DNA from: Azolla caroliniana | Lineage: Eukaryota > Plantae > Polypodiophyta | Length of the DNA: 64,000 nt | Direction: 5' to 3' | NCBI GenBank assembly: GCA_043228905.1 | Contig: JBHGNT010000009.1 | Span: 12,214,001-12,278,000, forward strand | Shown: piece after piece, positions 1 to 11,060 of the stretch | Numbering within the stretch: position 1 is the stretch's first letter | Layout of the letters: each line of letters starts with the position of its first letter | Notes under the pieces: generated by a model | Databases searched by the model: none | Seen by the model: only the letters and a program-made list of their open reading frames with translations | Told to the model about the DNA's origin: nothing | Position numbers and translations under genes: made by a program

Positions 1-3000
1 AAGAGAAACCTCCGACATCGGAAGTTGAGAAGGAGAGGCCTCCAACACCGAAAGAGGAACAAGAAAGACCCCCGACACCGAAAGAGGAGTGGGAAAGACC
101 TCTGACGCTGACAGAGGAGGAGGAAATACCACCGACACCACCAGCCCACGTACCGACACCAGAAGACGATATGCCATTCCAATATCCTAGATACCGGGAT
201 GATCCGGACGCGGAAGCCCACATCCATGTGTTTCAGCAGACCTACGAGGCAAACCATGTGTCCCAACTCTTAAATGTGGCCGAAGAGGAGCACTAAAAAA
301 TGGTAGAGTTTGGCATGACCCTGGAGGGACTGGCCGCCAAATGGCACCAAACACAAGATCCCAGCACCATCCCCACATTTGAAGCATTAAAGACCAAATT
401 CTTGCATTTCTTTCACAAGGAGATGGACCAACAAGAAATGGTAGGCCTATTTTACATTATCCGGCAAGAACCAACGGAGAACATTCAACAGTTTGTCATC
501 TGGTTCTAGTGGATCCACAGTCAACACAGTCGGGCACCACCGGAGGAAGAAACAAAGGCAATATTCTTAGCAGCACTCCGGGAGCCCTTACGAACGGTGT
601 GCAGCATCATTGATTTCCGCACCAGCAGCATAGATCAAGTGATCGACCGAGTTCAAGAAATGGAAAAATCAAGTTCATGGCTAACCATGGACGCACTTCA
701 ACGTGCACTACCGATAGATGAGGACCTCCGATTTCGGCAAGCAATTCAATGTACGACATGCCTCAATGCCAGACATTCGGCGCTGAAATGCACCATGCGT
801 TCCCAATCCTTGCTCTACCACTCCAGAAGTCACACAATGGAACGGTGTGAGTATAACTTGTTAAATCGGCAAGCACCACCAGTCCCGCAAATTGAACCAC
901 AAAGCAACCGGGAGGAAGAAGAATGCTGGCAGCGAGAGGAGCGCTACCGGCCGGCACAAGATGTCTGGTACAACGATCGAAGAGACACTTATGACCGGTA
1001 TGATAGACAGGATAGATACCAGGACTATAATAGACGGTACGAGAGATACAACCGGGATCACTCCCCTGGTTATAACCAACAATGGGACGACTATGGCAAG
1101 TATGACGACCAACCCTGTCAAGGTTACCGAAACAAAAAGAATTTCAACAAGAAACGTCATTTCAACAAAAAGGGGGGTCATCCACGGGAACCGGAAAAGG
1201 GCGCTCCAAGCAACCAACCGGACCAAAACCAAGCACTTACCACAGGACCTCAACCGGGTGCGGGCACAAACGCCGAATCCAACAACACCCGGAAGGCGTA
1301 CTGCTATTATTGCCGGCAAGAAGGTCACTATAGTAACCAATATCCGATGAAGAGCTACGACAAGCGACCATCAGTGAACATGGTAGACGCGGAAGTCGCG
1401 GACTTACAACAAGTCACTACAAGATCAAAAGGCAAAGCCATGGAGTGGGAAACTCAAGAAGTCATCCGGAAGCAGGCAACCGAATGGGTGAAGAAGGCAA
1501 ACGAGCGGAATGTGGCAGAGCTCGAACAACAAAAGGAGAATGCCGAAGAGCTCACCGGCATAGGGCAGCCCCAAAACCCAACATGGCAGGCGTTACAAGA
1601 ATGCCAAATAACGTTGCGGTTAGGCCGGCTATTGCAACTTGTACCACGCTTCACGGAAGGACTAAAGATAAGAATGACGGCAACCGACACACCACCGGTT
1701 CCGGCATTCTTTTCAAATCCGGAGGAAGGACCGGCGGTAGTAGACACGAGCAGTCCGGCAATCACAGCCATCGTGAAAGGAAAAGAGCTACCCTGCACGA
1801 TTATCGATGGAGGATCCGGCGTGAATGTGATCAGCCTCTGAACGTGTAACACTCTAGGAATCCATGACTGGGAACCATGCCCGTTTTGGCTTCGGATGGC
1901 GGACACAAGCTCAGTACGGCTGACCGGATTAATACGTGATCTGGAAGTGACCATTGGGGGGTCACACATTTCTCATTTTGGCAATAGTTCTCCAGCTACA
2001 AGCTCAAGGAGCTTACCCACTATTGTTGGGACACCCTTGGTTAAAAACAACACACATCAAGCAAAACTGGAGGAAGAATATAATTATATTCCGGCGTGGA
2101 AAAGCGAAAGTGCGAGTATCGACTCAACCACGGTCGGGTATCGGCAAGGAATTGACCCCGCTATATGCGAAATGTGTCAACATGGTGGAAGGATTAGCGG
2201 ACGAAGAGGTCGATCAATACTTACAGGAAAATCCGAAGATCGTACCTCTGTTCGAAATTGATGTAGCCGAAGCAGTATCACCATACATATTGCAACCGGA
2301 CAGGACTGACGAGGAACCGGATAAACAAGCGATCCGAGAGTTACGGCAAGCACAAGAAGCACTGGAAAGAGAAATGGCAGTGTCGCAGCGTGTAAAAGCA
2401 TCCCAACTAGAAGAGGTAAACCTAGGTACCACAGAGGACGCAAGGCCGGTTCACATCGCCAAGGAAATGACCCCGAAGAACAAAACGGCAATGATCACAC
2501 TCCTAAAAGAATTTCGTGATGTGTTCGCCTGGTCCTATGAGGACATGCGGGGACTCGATCCTCAGTTGTATCAACACTAGATACATCTGAGTGAAGACGC
2601 CAAACCGGTAGCGCAACGGCGTTACCAGATGAACCCGAAATACGTAGCAAAAGTCAAAGAAGAAATCGACAAGTTGCTAAGGGTTGGCTTCATCCGACCT
2701 GTAAAGAAAGCCACATGGCTCAGTCCAATAGTCGTAGTACCGAAAAGGAACGATAAGATAAGAGTTTGCATCCACTACTAGAAATTGAATGCGGCTACGG
2801 TAACGGACGCCTTTCCACTTCCATTCACGGATGGAGTTTTGGATGCGGTCGCCGGTCATGAGGTGTACAATTTTGTAGACGGTTTCAGCTGTTATAATCA
2901 GATCCGGATGCACCCCGACGACCAGGAGAAAACCGCTTTTGTCACCGAATAGGGTGTCTTTGTTGCCATAGTTATGATGTTAGGACTGAAAACAACGCCG

Positions 3001-5429
3001 GCAACCTTCCAACGGATCATCATGGAGATTTTCGGAGAATTCATTCCGGCATTCATGCAGGTTTTCTTGGACGACTTCGCTATTTATAGCCGTGAAGGGG
3101 ATCACCTTCAGCACCTCCGGCTATGTCTGGAGATATGTAGGGTTTACCGGCTAAGCCTGAACCTGGCAAAATGCGTGTTCGGAGTGTCCAGCGGAGCGTT
3201 ACTTGGCCACATCGTTAGCAAGGACGGTATTGCAGTGGATCCGGACAAGGTTAAAGCTATTTGGAGGCACCGGCACCAACCACAGCAAAGGCATTAAGCG
3301 AGTTCTTAGGACAAATTCGGTGGTACAACCAAATGCTCCGGTATCTGGTAGACCTAGCTACACCATTGCATGTCGTGGTACATCGGACACCGTTCCAATG
3401 GACGGACACAGAAGACAAGGCTTACTGGGCACTAAAAGTACTATTGTCACAAGCGCCGATGGTACAACCTCCGGATTGGTCTAAAGAGTTCCATGTGTTC
3501 GTTGACGCGTCCGACATCGCAATCGGGAGCGCACATATGCAACTTATAGAACCGAAGTGGTACCGGCCAGTGTATTATGCTAGCCGGAAGCTGTCCCAAG
3601 CAGAACGTAATTATTCACAACGGAAAGAGAGGCCTTGGGCATGATCTACAGTGTCACCAAGTTTAGACACTATTTGTTGGGAACGAAATTTTCCTTTCAC
3701 GTAGATCATTCGACGCTCCTCTATTTGGTGTCCAAAGCATCACTCACCGGTAAGTTGGCCCGATGGACATTATGATTACAAGAATTCGAGTTCGAGATAT
3801 TCCACCGACCCGGCATACAACATGCGGTAGCAGACTATTTGAGCCGGTTAGATTTTGGTGAAACCGGTGATGGCGTCCCAGACGAGTTCCCGGACGTAGA
3901 GCTATTTAGAGTCACAGCAGAAACGGCAACGGATGGTACGGTCACAGAGTAAGACAAGTGGCTCACCAACATGCAGCAATTCCCTGAGCACCAATTCCCT
4001 GAGCACCGGCTTACCTCCGGAGGAGATGAACAGAGACGAGAGGAAACGCTTAGCGGTTCAAAGCTGGCACTTCTGTCTATTATAGGACACACTGTACCAC
4101 AAAGGCGCAGATGGCATATGGCGGCGTGTAGTGCAAAACGACGAAAAGGACATAATATTGCACGAAGCACAATGCGGAGTGGCTGGAGGACATTATGCCG
4201 GAGACGCTATGGCAAGGAAAATATGGCAAAGTGGACTATGGTGGCCAACCACATTGAAGGATGCAATCCGGTACGCTAAAGAATGTGACCTATGTCAGCG
4301 AATGGGCCAACCAACCGAACAAGCCAGGATGTCTCACCAGCCCGTGCTACCGTTAGAACCATTTCAGAAATGGGGGCTAGATTTTGTCGGTCCATTCAAA
4401 CCACCAGCAATGAGAACCGGCAACCGATACGTGATTGTCGCTACGGATTATTGCACAAAATGGGTGGAAGCCAAAGCACTATGCGACAACACCGCGGCAT
4501 CCACGACAAAATTATTATATGAATACATCTGGTGCCGGTATGGATGTCCGATAGAGCTAATAAGTGACCAAGGTGGGCACTTCTTAGGGCAAGTAGTGGG
4601 AAGTTTGACGACATTCTATGAGGTGGTGCACAAACAGAGCACTCCTTATTACCCGCAAGCCAACGGATTAGCCAAGTCAACAAATAAAACACTACAGAAC
4701 ATCCTTTGAAAAATTGTCAATGAGAACCAGACGAATTGGGATACAAAGCTACACAGTGCACTCTGGGCCTATCGAACGGCATATAAGACAAGTATCCGCA
4801 CGACACCGTTTCACCTAACATTCGGATTGGAGGCAGTGATGACGGTCGAGTTCCAGGTACCGAGTTTACGAATACAAATTCGGGAACACCTAAATGAGAA
4901 GGAATCAGAAGCGATCCGGTTAGCCGCGTTGTGCAAATTGGAAGAACACCGGCTAGCCAACATCATGCACCTAGAACTAGAGCTGCAACGAAGGAAAGCG
5001 TTCATGGATCGTCACCGAAAAGGGAACAAAAAGATGTTCGAAATCGGTCAGCTGGTACAAGTATTCCAGACCCGGATGGGTAAGATGTCGGGGAAGCTAT
5101 GGTTTCGGTGGACCGGTCCATACTGGATCACATGTGAGTTCAACGGTTCCTATCAGTTAGGGACACTCGCCGGCCAGGTTCTAGGTAAATGCGTCAATGG
5201 GTTCCGACTCAAACCATACAATGGACCCATGCCAAGAAACCCATTTGAACAAGTAAAGGCCGACGGTAAGTCGGAAGAGACGGCAACACGTTTAGCAAAC
5301 GACAAGCGCGAAGCCGGTAAGAGGGAGCACGAGCCATCAAACGGCAAGAACAACACGACGGCAAGCAGTCCAACGGCCGGCAAGTCCCACAATTCAGATA
5401 GGGGTCTAGTGGGACTAGATGTGAATTAA
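1..5429 (+). pseudogene. gag-pol of element 1, broken by premature stops and frameshifts
   Basis: ORF pieces 300-509, 597-1841, 1954-2580, 2974-3297, 3261-3644, 4131-4709 and 4827-5429 carry consecutive domains. The zinc knuckle is degenerate (CYYCRQEGHYSNQY). A 30-bp repeat encoding E(R/K)PPTP-like units occupies 3-140. Confidence 0.92.
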
Positions 5430-5664
5430 CCAAACTGCTTAGGACTGAAAAATAATAATAATAATAAATCAAATCAACTCAAATCAAAGTAAATCATGCA
5501 AGGGCGAGGTGTGAACGGACACATGCAAGAACGAGGAGTGAACAGGCACGTTAAAAGGGTACGTAGTGGGCTATTAATAGGGTATTAAACCGTCACCACA
5601 TGGCACGTCATTCTATTCTAGTACACGACGTGCACACACGCAGGGAAGAAAAGAAGGCGCCAAC

Positions 5665-8600
5665 ATGCAGCAAGAAAACTCCCATCGCATGGAGGTCTTC
5701 ACATTTCGCGAACAAAGGAGCACAACCGCACACATGTGATTGAAGATCATCAGATGCGAGCCCATGCACACAGAGCCTCCTCCAACACATCCCTCACCAG
5801 CGCTCACCGACCTCAAAGAAGCCATGGATTGCCAAGCACTCTCTGAAGCAGCCAAGAAGTGGTTAAGGCAACACGGGTTAGAAGGTTTCCTCACGATCAT
5901 GGAGGCGCCACCGCACCAGGAGGCGGAGAAGATAGTAAAGGAAATCGACACAGAACTGATCACAGAGGAGGCCATCCATGCTTTGATTGGCCTTCCGGAG
6001 GGGGGCATCTTCACTATCGACAACCCTACCCCGGAGCATCTCCGAAAATATTTTGGCGAATACTCTCTGGCCAGCAAGGCCTACAGGACACAGGGCGGCG
6101 AAGATACATTATTTCGAGAGATTGCCCGTGTGCTCCATGAATTTGGACATGTATACCCTCGACCCCCGTGCATGCCTTAGAACCGAGCCGGTTTAGTCAT
6201 AGCAACGTATGAAGGCGTGAAGGTGGACTGGTCGGTACTAATTGCGGACGGCCTCTGTGTGGCCATCGACTCTATAAGAGGCAAGGAGGGCCGGAAAATA
6301 TGGACTACAGTGGCACAATGGCTCAGCCTATTGGCGCCACCTATCGAGCCCGTCAAGAGCATGAAGCGGGGGAGAACGACCGAAGGTAGCCCGAAAACAG
6401 CTTTGAAATGGCAACAGTTGTTGACCTCTAAGGCACCCAAAGGGAAGGAGGCTGAAACAGACAAGGCGGCAAAAGAGCGCGTCAATAGGAAGCGGCAGGC
6501 GGAAACCCAGGAGGAGACATCAGCATGGCCAATGAAGATTAGATTTCACCGACCGGTTCAACAAGAGTCGGACCCCTCGGCAGCAAAAATCAACATCGGG
6601 AGTCAAGAGGCGGAAGCGGAGGAGGAACCGTTAGAGCACCTCTAGCGGCGCCAGAAGGCAAACATCGCGGAACAGGCCGGGGAGCGTTCGGACCCAAAGA
6701 AGGATGGAATGCCTCTACCCCGCACTGAGCATCCCGTACCAAGGGTGGAACCGGAACCAATTCGGACAAAACCGGTCACAGAGCTCCCTACACAACAAGC
6801 TATACCGGCGGGTCAGGATACGGCAAGACCCGAAATTCAAGCGCCAGTAGTACAGCTGCCACCCTCACGGGCAGGTCAAGAGCAATCAGAGGCAGAGTGG
6901 CCAACGGAGGTGCAACTGGAACCAGAACCTCCACCTCCAAAGGGGGGTCGCCTTAGTGGTCGCCAAATAGAGACAGAGTTGCAGCTCGACGCAACCGGAC
7001 AAGACCGACTACTTGCTAGCAGAGCCAACAGCCAACCTTCCGTGTAGACGCAACAACAGGGCAGAGGCAGCCAATGGCTCCGGTGGATTGGAGAACAGAT
7101 TGCCAGAGTCACGCACTTCATAGAGGCAGAAGAGAAAGCGCAGATGGACCAGTTGCTAGTCACAACCGGAGAACTAGAGACGGCCCGGTTGAGGATCCGA
7201 AGCCTAGAACAAGACTTGGATCTAGCCATAGAAGAATTGGCCAAAATGGCCTTAACCGGACCACAGATCCAAGCACCGATGACTCTAGTAGATGTACAGA
7301 ATAAAGACACACCAGCACCTGTACATAGGAATAAGACCCCGGAGACAGAACCGATCCCGAAGACAGTGGCGGCGCAAGCGAAAGAGCTTGCCGAATTGAA
7401 AGATGAACTAGCTACACAAGAAGCATTATGCACCCGAGAAAGGGACTTGAAGAAAGCGGTAGAAGAAGAACAAAGAAAGACTGTTGAGAACCTCCGTCGG
7501 GCAGAAGAGAATTTGCGGAAAGGACATCAGGCATATGACCGGCTTAAGGAGCAAAAAGAGAAAGTGCTGCAAGAAAAGGATAAGTTGCAACAGATGGCGG
7601 AAACGGAGATTGAAAGACTTAAAGAAGAACTCCGTCAACAGAAAGATCGAGAAGACCGCGCTCGCTGGCAACTCAACCAGAAGTTGAAGCAGAAGACTGA
7701 TGATTTTGAGCACTTGTACCGGGACTATAAGCACCTAGATATGGAGCATAAGAAGTAGCAAGAGAAAATGGCAGAGCTTCGGCAGGAAGTTCATCGAGCC
7801 GAGACAGCGCTAGCTGAAGAATGGGCTAAAAGAACAACACTACTGGAGGAAGCCGCGGAGGAACATATGGAGCTCCATAAGCAGCATTATGAAGAAAAGA
7901 AAAGAGCGACAATGGTATTGCATAGGTTGCAGAACACTTACCAAAACCAATTGTCACATTACCGGGAGCAGGAGGAGGACACAGTGAAGCTTATCAAGCA
8001 ATTGAAGGAAGAATGGCAAGCTGCGGAGGACAAATCAAAGATGGGACTTGAGCGGATCCAGTTCATTGTCCAGGCATGGAGGAACAAGACAAAATGCTTG
8101 ATTAACGAAAGCTATGTGCAATGGTGGGACAAATGGGCAAAGCACACAGCCGAGCTCCAGTTGCTAAGGGCGGACGCGGAAAACCGGCAGAAGGATGGCT
8201 ACGATTGCTACATGCTAACAAAGGAGGACTTCACCGCCGTAATAGATGATTTAGCATAAGTCTTTGTAACTCTGGCGGAGGAACAGTCAGCAGTGGTCCG
8301 ACAATTGGTAGCACAGTTGGACGATGATCGACTGGATGCTCAAATCCAATTTGAAAGCTATGAGCGGACCAGGCTACGGCAAGAAGAAGCAAGACAGATG
8401 GCGATCGTTAACCTCAGCGATGAAGAGCCATCGTCGGGGCAAGGACCGGACGGAGACAAGGCCGCGGAGAGTCAACCGTAGTCAAATCCAGCAGAGGAGC
8501 TGACGGAGGAATCACCGCCATAACCGCCGGTACCGGGAGCCGAACAAACGCCATCCAAGGAGCAACAATTGGAGGAGCCGGAGTCGGAGCAACAACAACC

Positions 8601-8715
8601 ACAGCCACAACCACAACAACAGCAGCCACAACCACAATAGTAGTAACAACAAATTTCCGAAGAACCATTGGATACCCTGGAGCAGAGTATTCTGGATATC
8701 TTGGACGAAGGCTAA
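5665..8715 (+). pseudogene. Extra 3' ORF of element 1 (~1,016 codons: globular N-terminus, Pro-rich linker, long coiled coil, Q/P-rich tail) with 11 in-frame stops
   Basis: ATG at 5665. ORF-track pieces starting at 5740, 6217, 6709, 7144, 7768 and 8293 share one frame, which continues to ...LEQSILDILDEG* at 8715. Confidence 0.85.
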
Positions 8716-8749
8716 GGGTCGGATAGTGGGGTTCGACGTACAAGGTACT

Positions 8750-8766
8750 GTCCCATGGGCGTGCCA
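8750..8766 (+). promoter_or_regulatory. Sense copy of a tRNA-Arg(UCU)-type 3' end (an inverted PBS) at the PPT position
   Basis: GTCCCATGGGCGTGCCA ends 2 nt before the LTR. Its reverse complement TGGCACGCCCATGGGAC resembles the Tat-type tRNA-Arg PBS. No purine tract adjoins the LTR. Confidence 0.7.
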
Positions 8767-8768
8767 TG

Positions 8769-9195
8769 TGTTACCCTGCCGACAAAGGAGTTAAAGACCA
8801 GAATGTGAAAGGGATTGTTTATTCGGAATCTATTATAATTAAGTAGTTTATAAGACGTGAACGGACGGACCGGAATCGGTATGCGGCTCCGGTTCCGAAC
8901 AGGTGCCAGTTGGCACCATTTTGTACTCAGCACCGGTGACCTATATAAAGCCCTGGTTACAATGTAAAACTTTGACGGATAATTAATAGAGCTTCTTGTT
9001 TTATCTTTAAGTGTTGATTAGCGTTCTGTGCTAATTGTTCTATCATACGCGTGTATCAAGTCTAATGCCATATTGCTAAGTAACCAATTAAAGTCTAAGT
9101 AATCATTGTGTCTTAAGTTATCTCGCCGTAACACCCCTTTGGTGAAGTGTCTTCCGTAGACACCCTGTGTTAGGCCATTGTCCTAAGGAATAACA
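8769..9195 (+). repeat. 3' LTR of element 1 (427 bp)
   Basis: TGTTA...TAACA termini and a TATA-like CTATATAAAG at ~8941. It is co-linear with the LTR at 19804-20275. Confidence 0.88.
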
Positions 9196-11020
9196 TGGAG
9201 CCTCCACTCGAATTATAGATCTAGTCATGATACTCCGAAAGAGGTGGAGGAAGATGGGTCTGAGCACACACCAACACCGGAGTCGAAAAATATGACACCA
9301 ACACCTCTGGTAGAACAGGCGATTCGGAAGCATGTTTAGCAATTGAGTTGGGATTGCACAACGACGAGTGGAGCATCCACTCGAATTATAGATCTAGTCA
9401 TGATACTCCGAAAGAGCCGGAGGAAGACGGGTCTGACCACACACCAACACCAGAGTCGAAAAATACGACACCAACACCCCTGGCAGAATAAGTAATTCCG
9501 GTGCTAACACCACTGGTAGAGGAAATCAATCCGGTGGCGCTGGAAGAAGTTATTCCCAAAAACTCACTAGCAGAGGAAGACAATCGAGTGCCGACACCAC
9601 TAGCACAAGAACTCATACAGACACTAGAACGTGCCGAAGAAGAAGATACCATGTAGTACCCATACCCAAAGTACTAGGACGAGCTAGACTCGGAGGCACA
9701 TGCCCGCACATTCCTACAGATGTGGGAGGCCAACCATGTCTCCTAGCAGCTGATGGAAGCTGAAGTAGAGTGATAAAAAATTGCGGAGTTTGGGCTATCG
9801 TTGGAAGGAGTAACTGCGAAATGGCATGCACAACAAACCTGAGGGAGTTTCGGCACATTCACTGACCTGCGAGACAAGTTCCTCGATTTGTTCCATCGGC
9901 AAGTGGCACAAAGAGAGTTAGTCGGAAGGTTTTATACCACCTACGAGGAAGCACATTGAACAGTGCCACAATTTATCATCCGATTCTAGAACAGTAATCA
10001 TATGGTGATGGGAACCCTTCAATAAGCATTGCCTACGAGGACCAGGTGCTCGACGTGGAGTGCGCCTAGAACAGTAATCATATGGCAATGGGAACCCTTC
10101 AATAAGCACTGCCTAAAGAGGAGGACCTCCAGTTCCGTCAAGCCGTTCAGTGTAAAATGTGCCTTAACCGTGGCCATTCTACGAGGAAGCACATTGAACA
10201 GTGCCACAATTTATCATCCGATTCTAGAACAGTAATCATATGGTGATGGGAACCCTTGAATAAGCATTGCCTACGAGGACCAGGTGCTCGACGTGGAGTG
10301 CGCCTAGAACAGTAATCATATGGCAATGGGAACCCTTCAATAAGCATTGCCTAAAGAGGAGGACCTCCAGTTCCGTCAAGCCGTTCAGTGTAAAATGTGC
10401 CTTAACCGTGGCCATTCTACGAGGAAGCACATTGAACAGTGCCACAATTTATCATCCGATTCTAGAACAGTAATCATATGGTGATGGGAACCCTTCAATA
10501 AGCATTGCCTACGAGGACCAGGTGCTCGACGTGGAGTGCGCCTAGAACAGTAATCATATGGCGATGGGAACCCTTCAATAAGCACTGCCTAAAGAGGAGG
10601 ACCTCCGGTTCCGTCAAGCCGTTCAGTGTAAAATGTGCCTTAACCGTGGCCATTCTACGAGGAAGCACATTGAACAGTGCCACAATTTATCATCCGATTC
10701 TAGAACAGTAATCATATGGTGATGGGAACCCTTCAATAAGCATTGCCTACGAGGACCAGGTGCTCGACGTGGAATGGGCCTAGAACAGTAATCATATGGT
10801 GATGGGAACCCTTCAATAAGCACTGCCTAAAGAGGAGAACCTCTGGTTCCGTCAAGCCGTTCAGTGTAAAATGTGCCTTAACCGAGACGGCACCAAGTGG
10901 ACACAATGCTTGTTGTGCCACTCAAGAGCACATACCATGGACTGGTGTGAATACAACCTACTCAATCGGCAAGCATCGTTGGTGTAGCGAAAATACGACA
11001 AAGATACGTGAACTTGAGGC
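9196..11020 (+). pseudogene. Degenerate gag of an older related Gypsy that hosts element 1
   Basis: YPYPKY...EAHARTFLQMWEANHVS matches the element 1 gag. Internal duplication at ~9196-9316 and ~9369-9490. Confidence 0.8.
9941..10884. repeat. Tandem array of 4 x 238 bp derived from gag
   Basis: Units start with CTACGAGGAAGCAC at 9941, 10179, 10417 and 10655. Each unit carries a ~50-bp internal duplication. Confidence 0.95.
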
Positions 11021-11060
11021 AGGACCCTAGGGCCTCTGACTAGCGTTCAGTTGCATGCTC

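Larger units (their letters stand above)
1..9195 (+). mobile_element. Ty3/Gypsy LTR retrotransposon, non-chromovirus Athila/OTA-like ('element 1'); 5' end lies outside the window
   Basis: Domain order is gag, PR (IIDGGSGVNVI), RT (FLDD), RNase H (VDASDIAIG...YASRKL), INT (HYAG...CDLC, WGLDFVGP, WTGPY), then an extra ORF and a TGTTA...TAACA LTR. Confidence 0.93.

Noticed and set aside
5665-8715. Retroviral envelope gene, or stops rescued by readthrough or RNA editing
   Set aside because: No signal peptide or transmembrane segment is visible. The stops include all three codons and also riddle pol, which fits deamination decay.
9941-10884. CRISPR-like array of ~50-bp repeats with intervening sequence
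   Set aside because: The 'spacers' repeat with a 238-bp period and derive from gag, there are no cas genes, and the context is eukaryotic.
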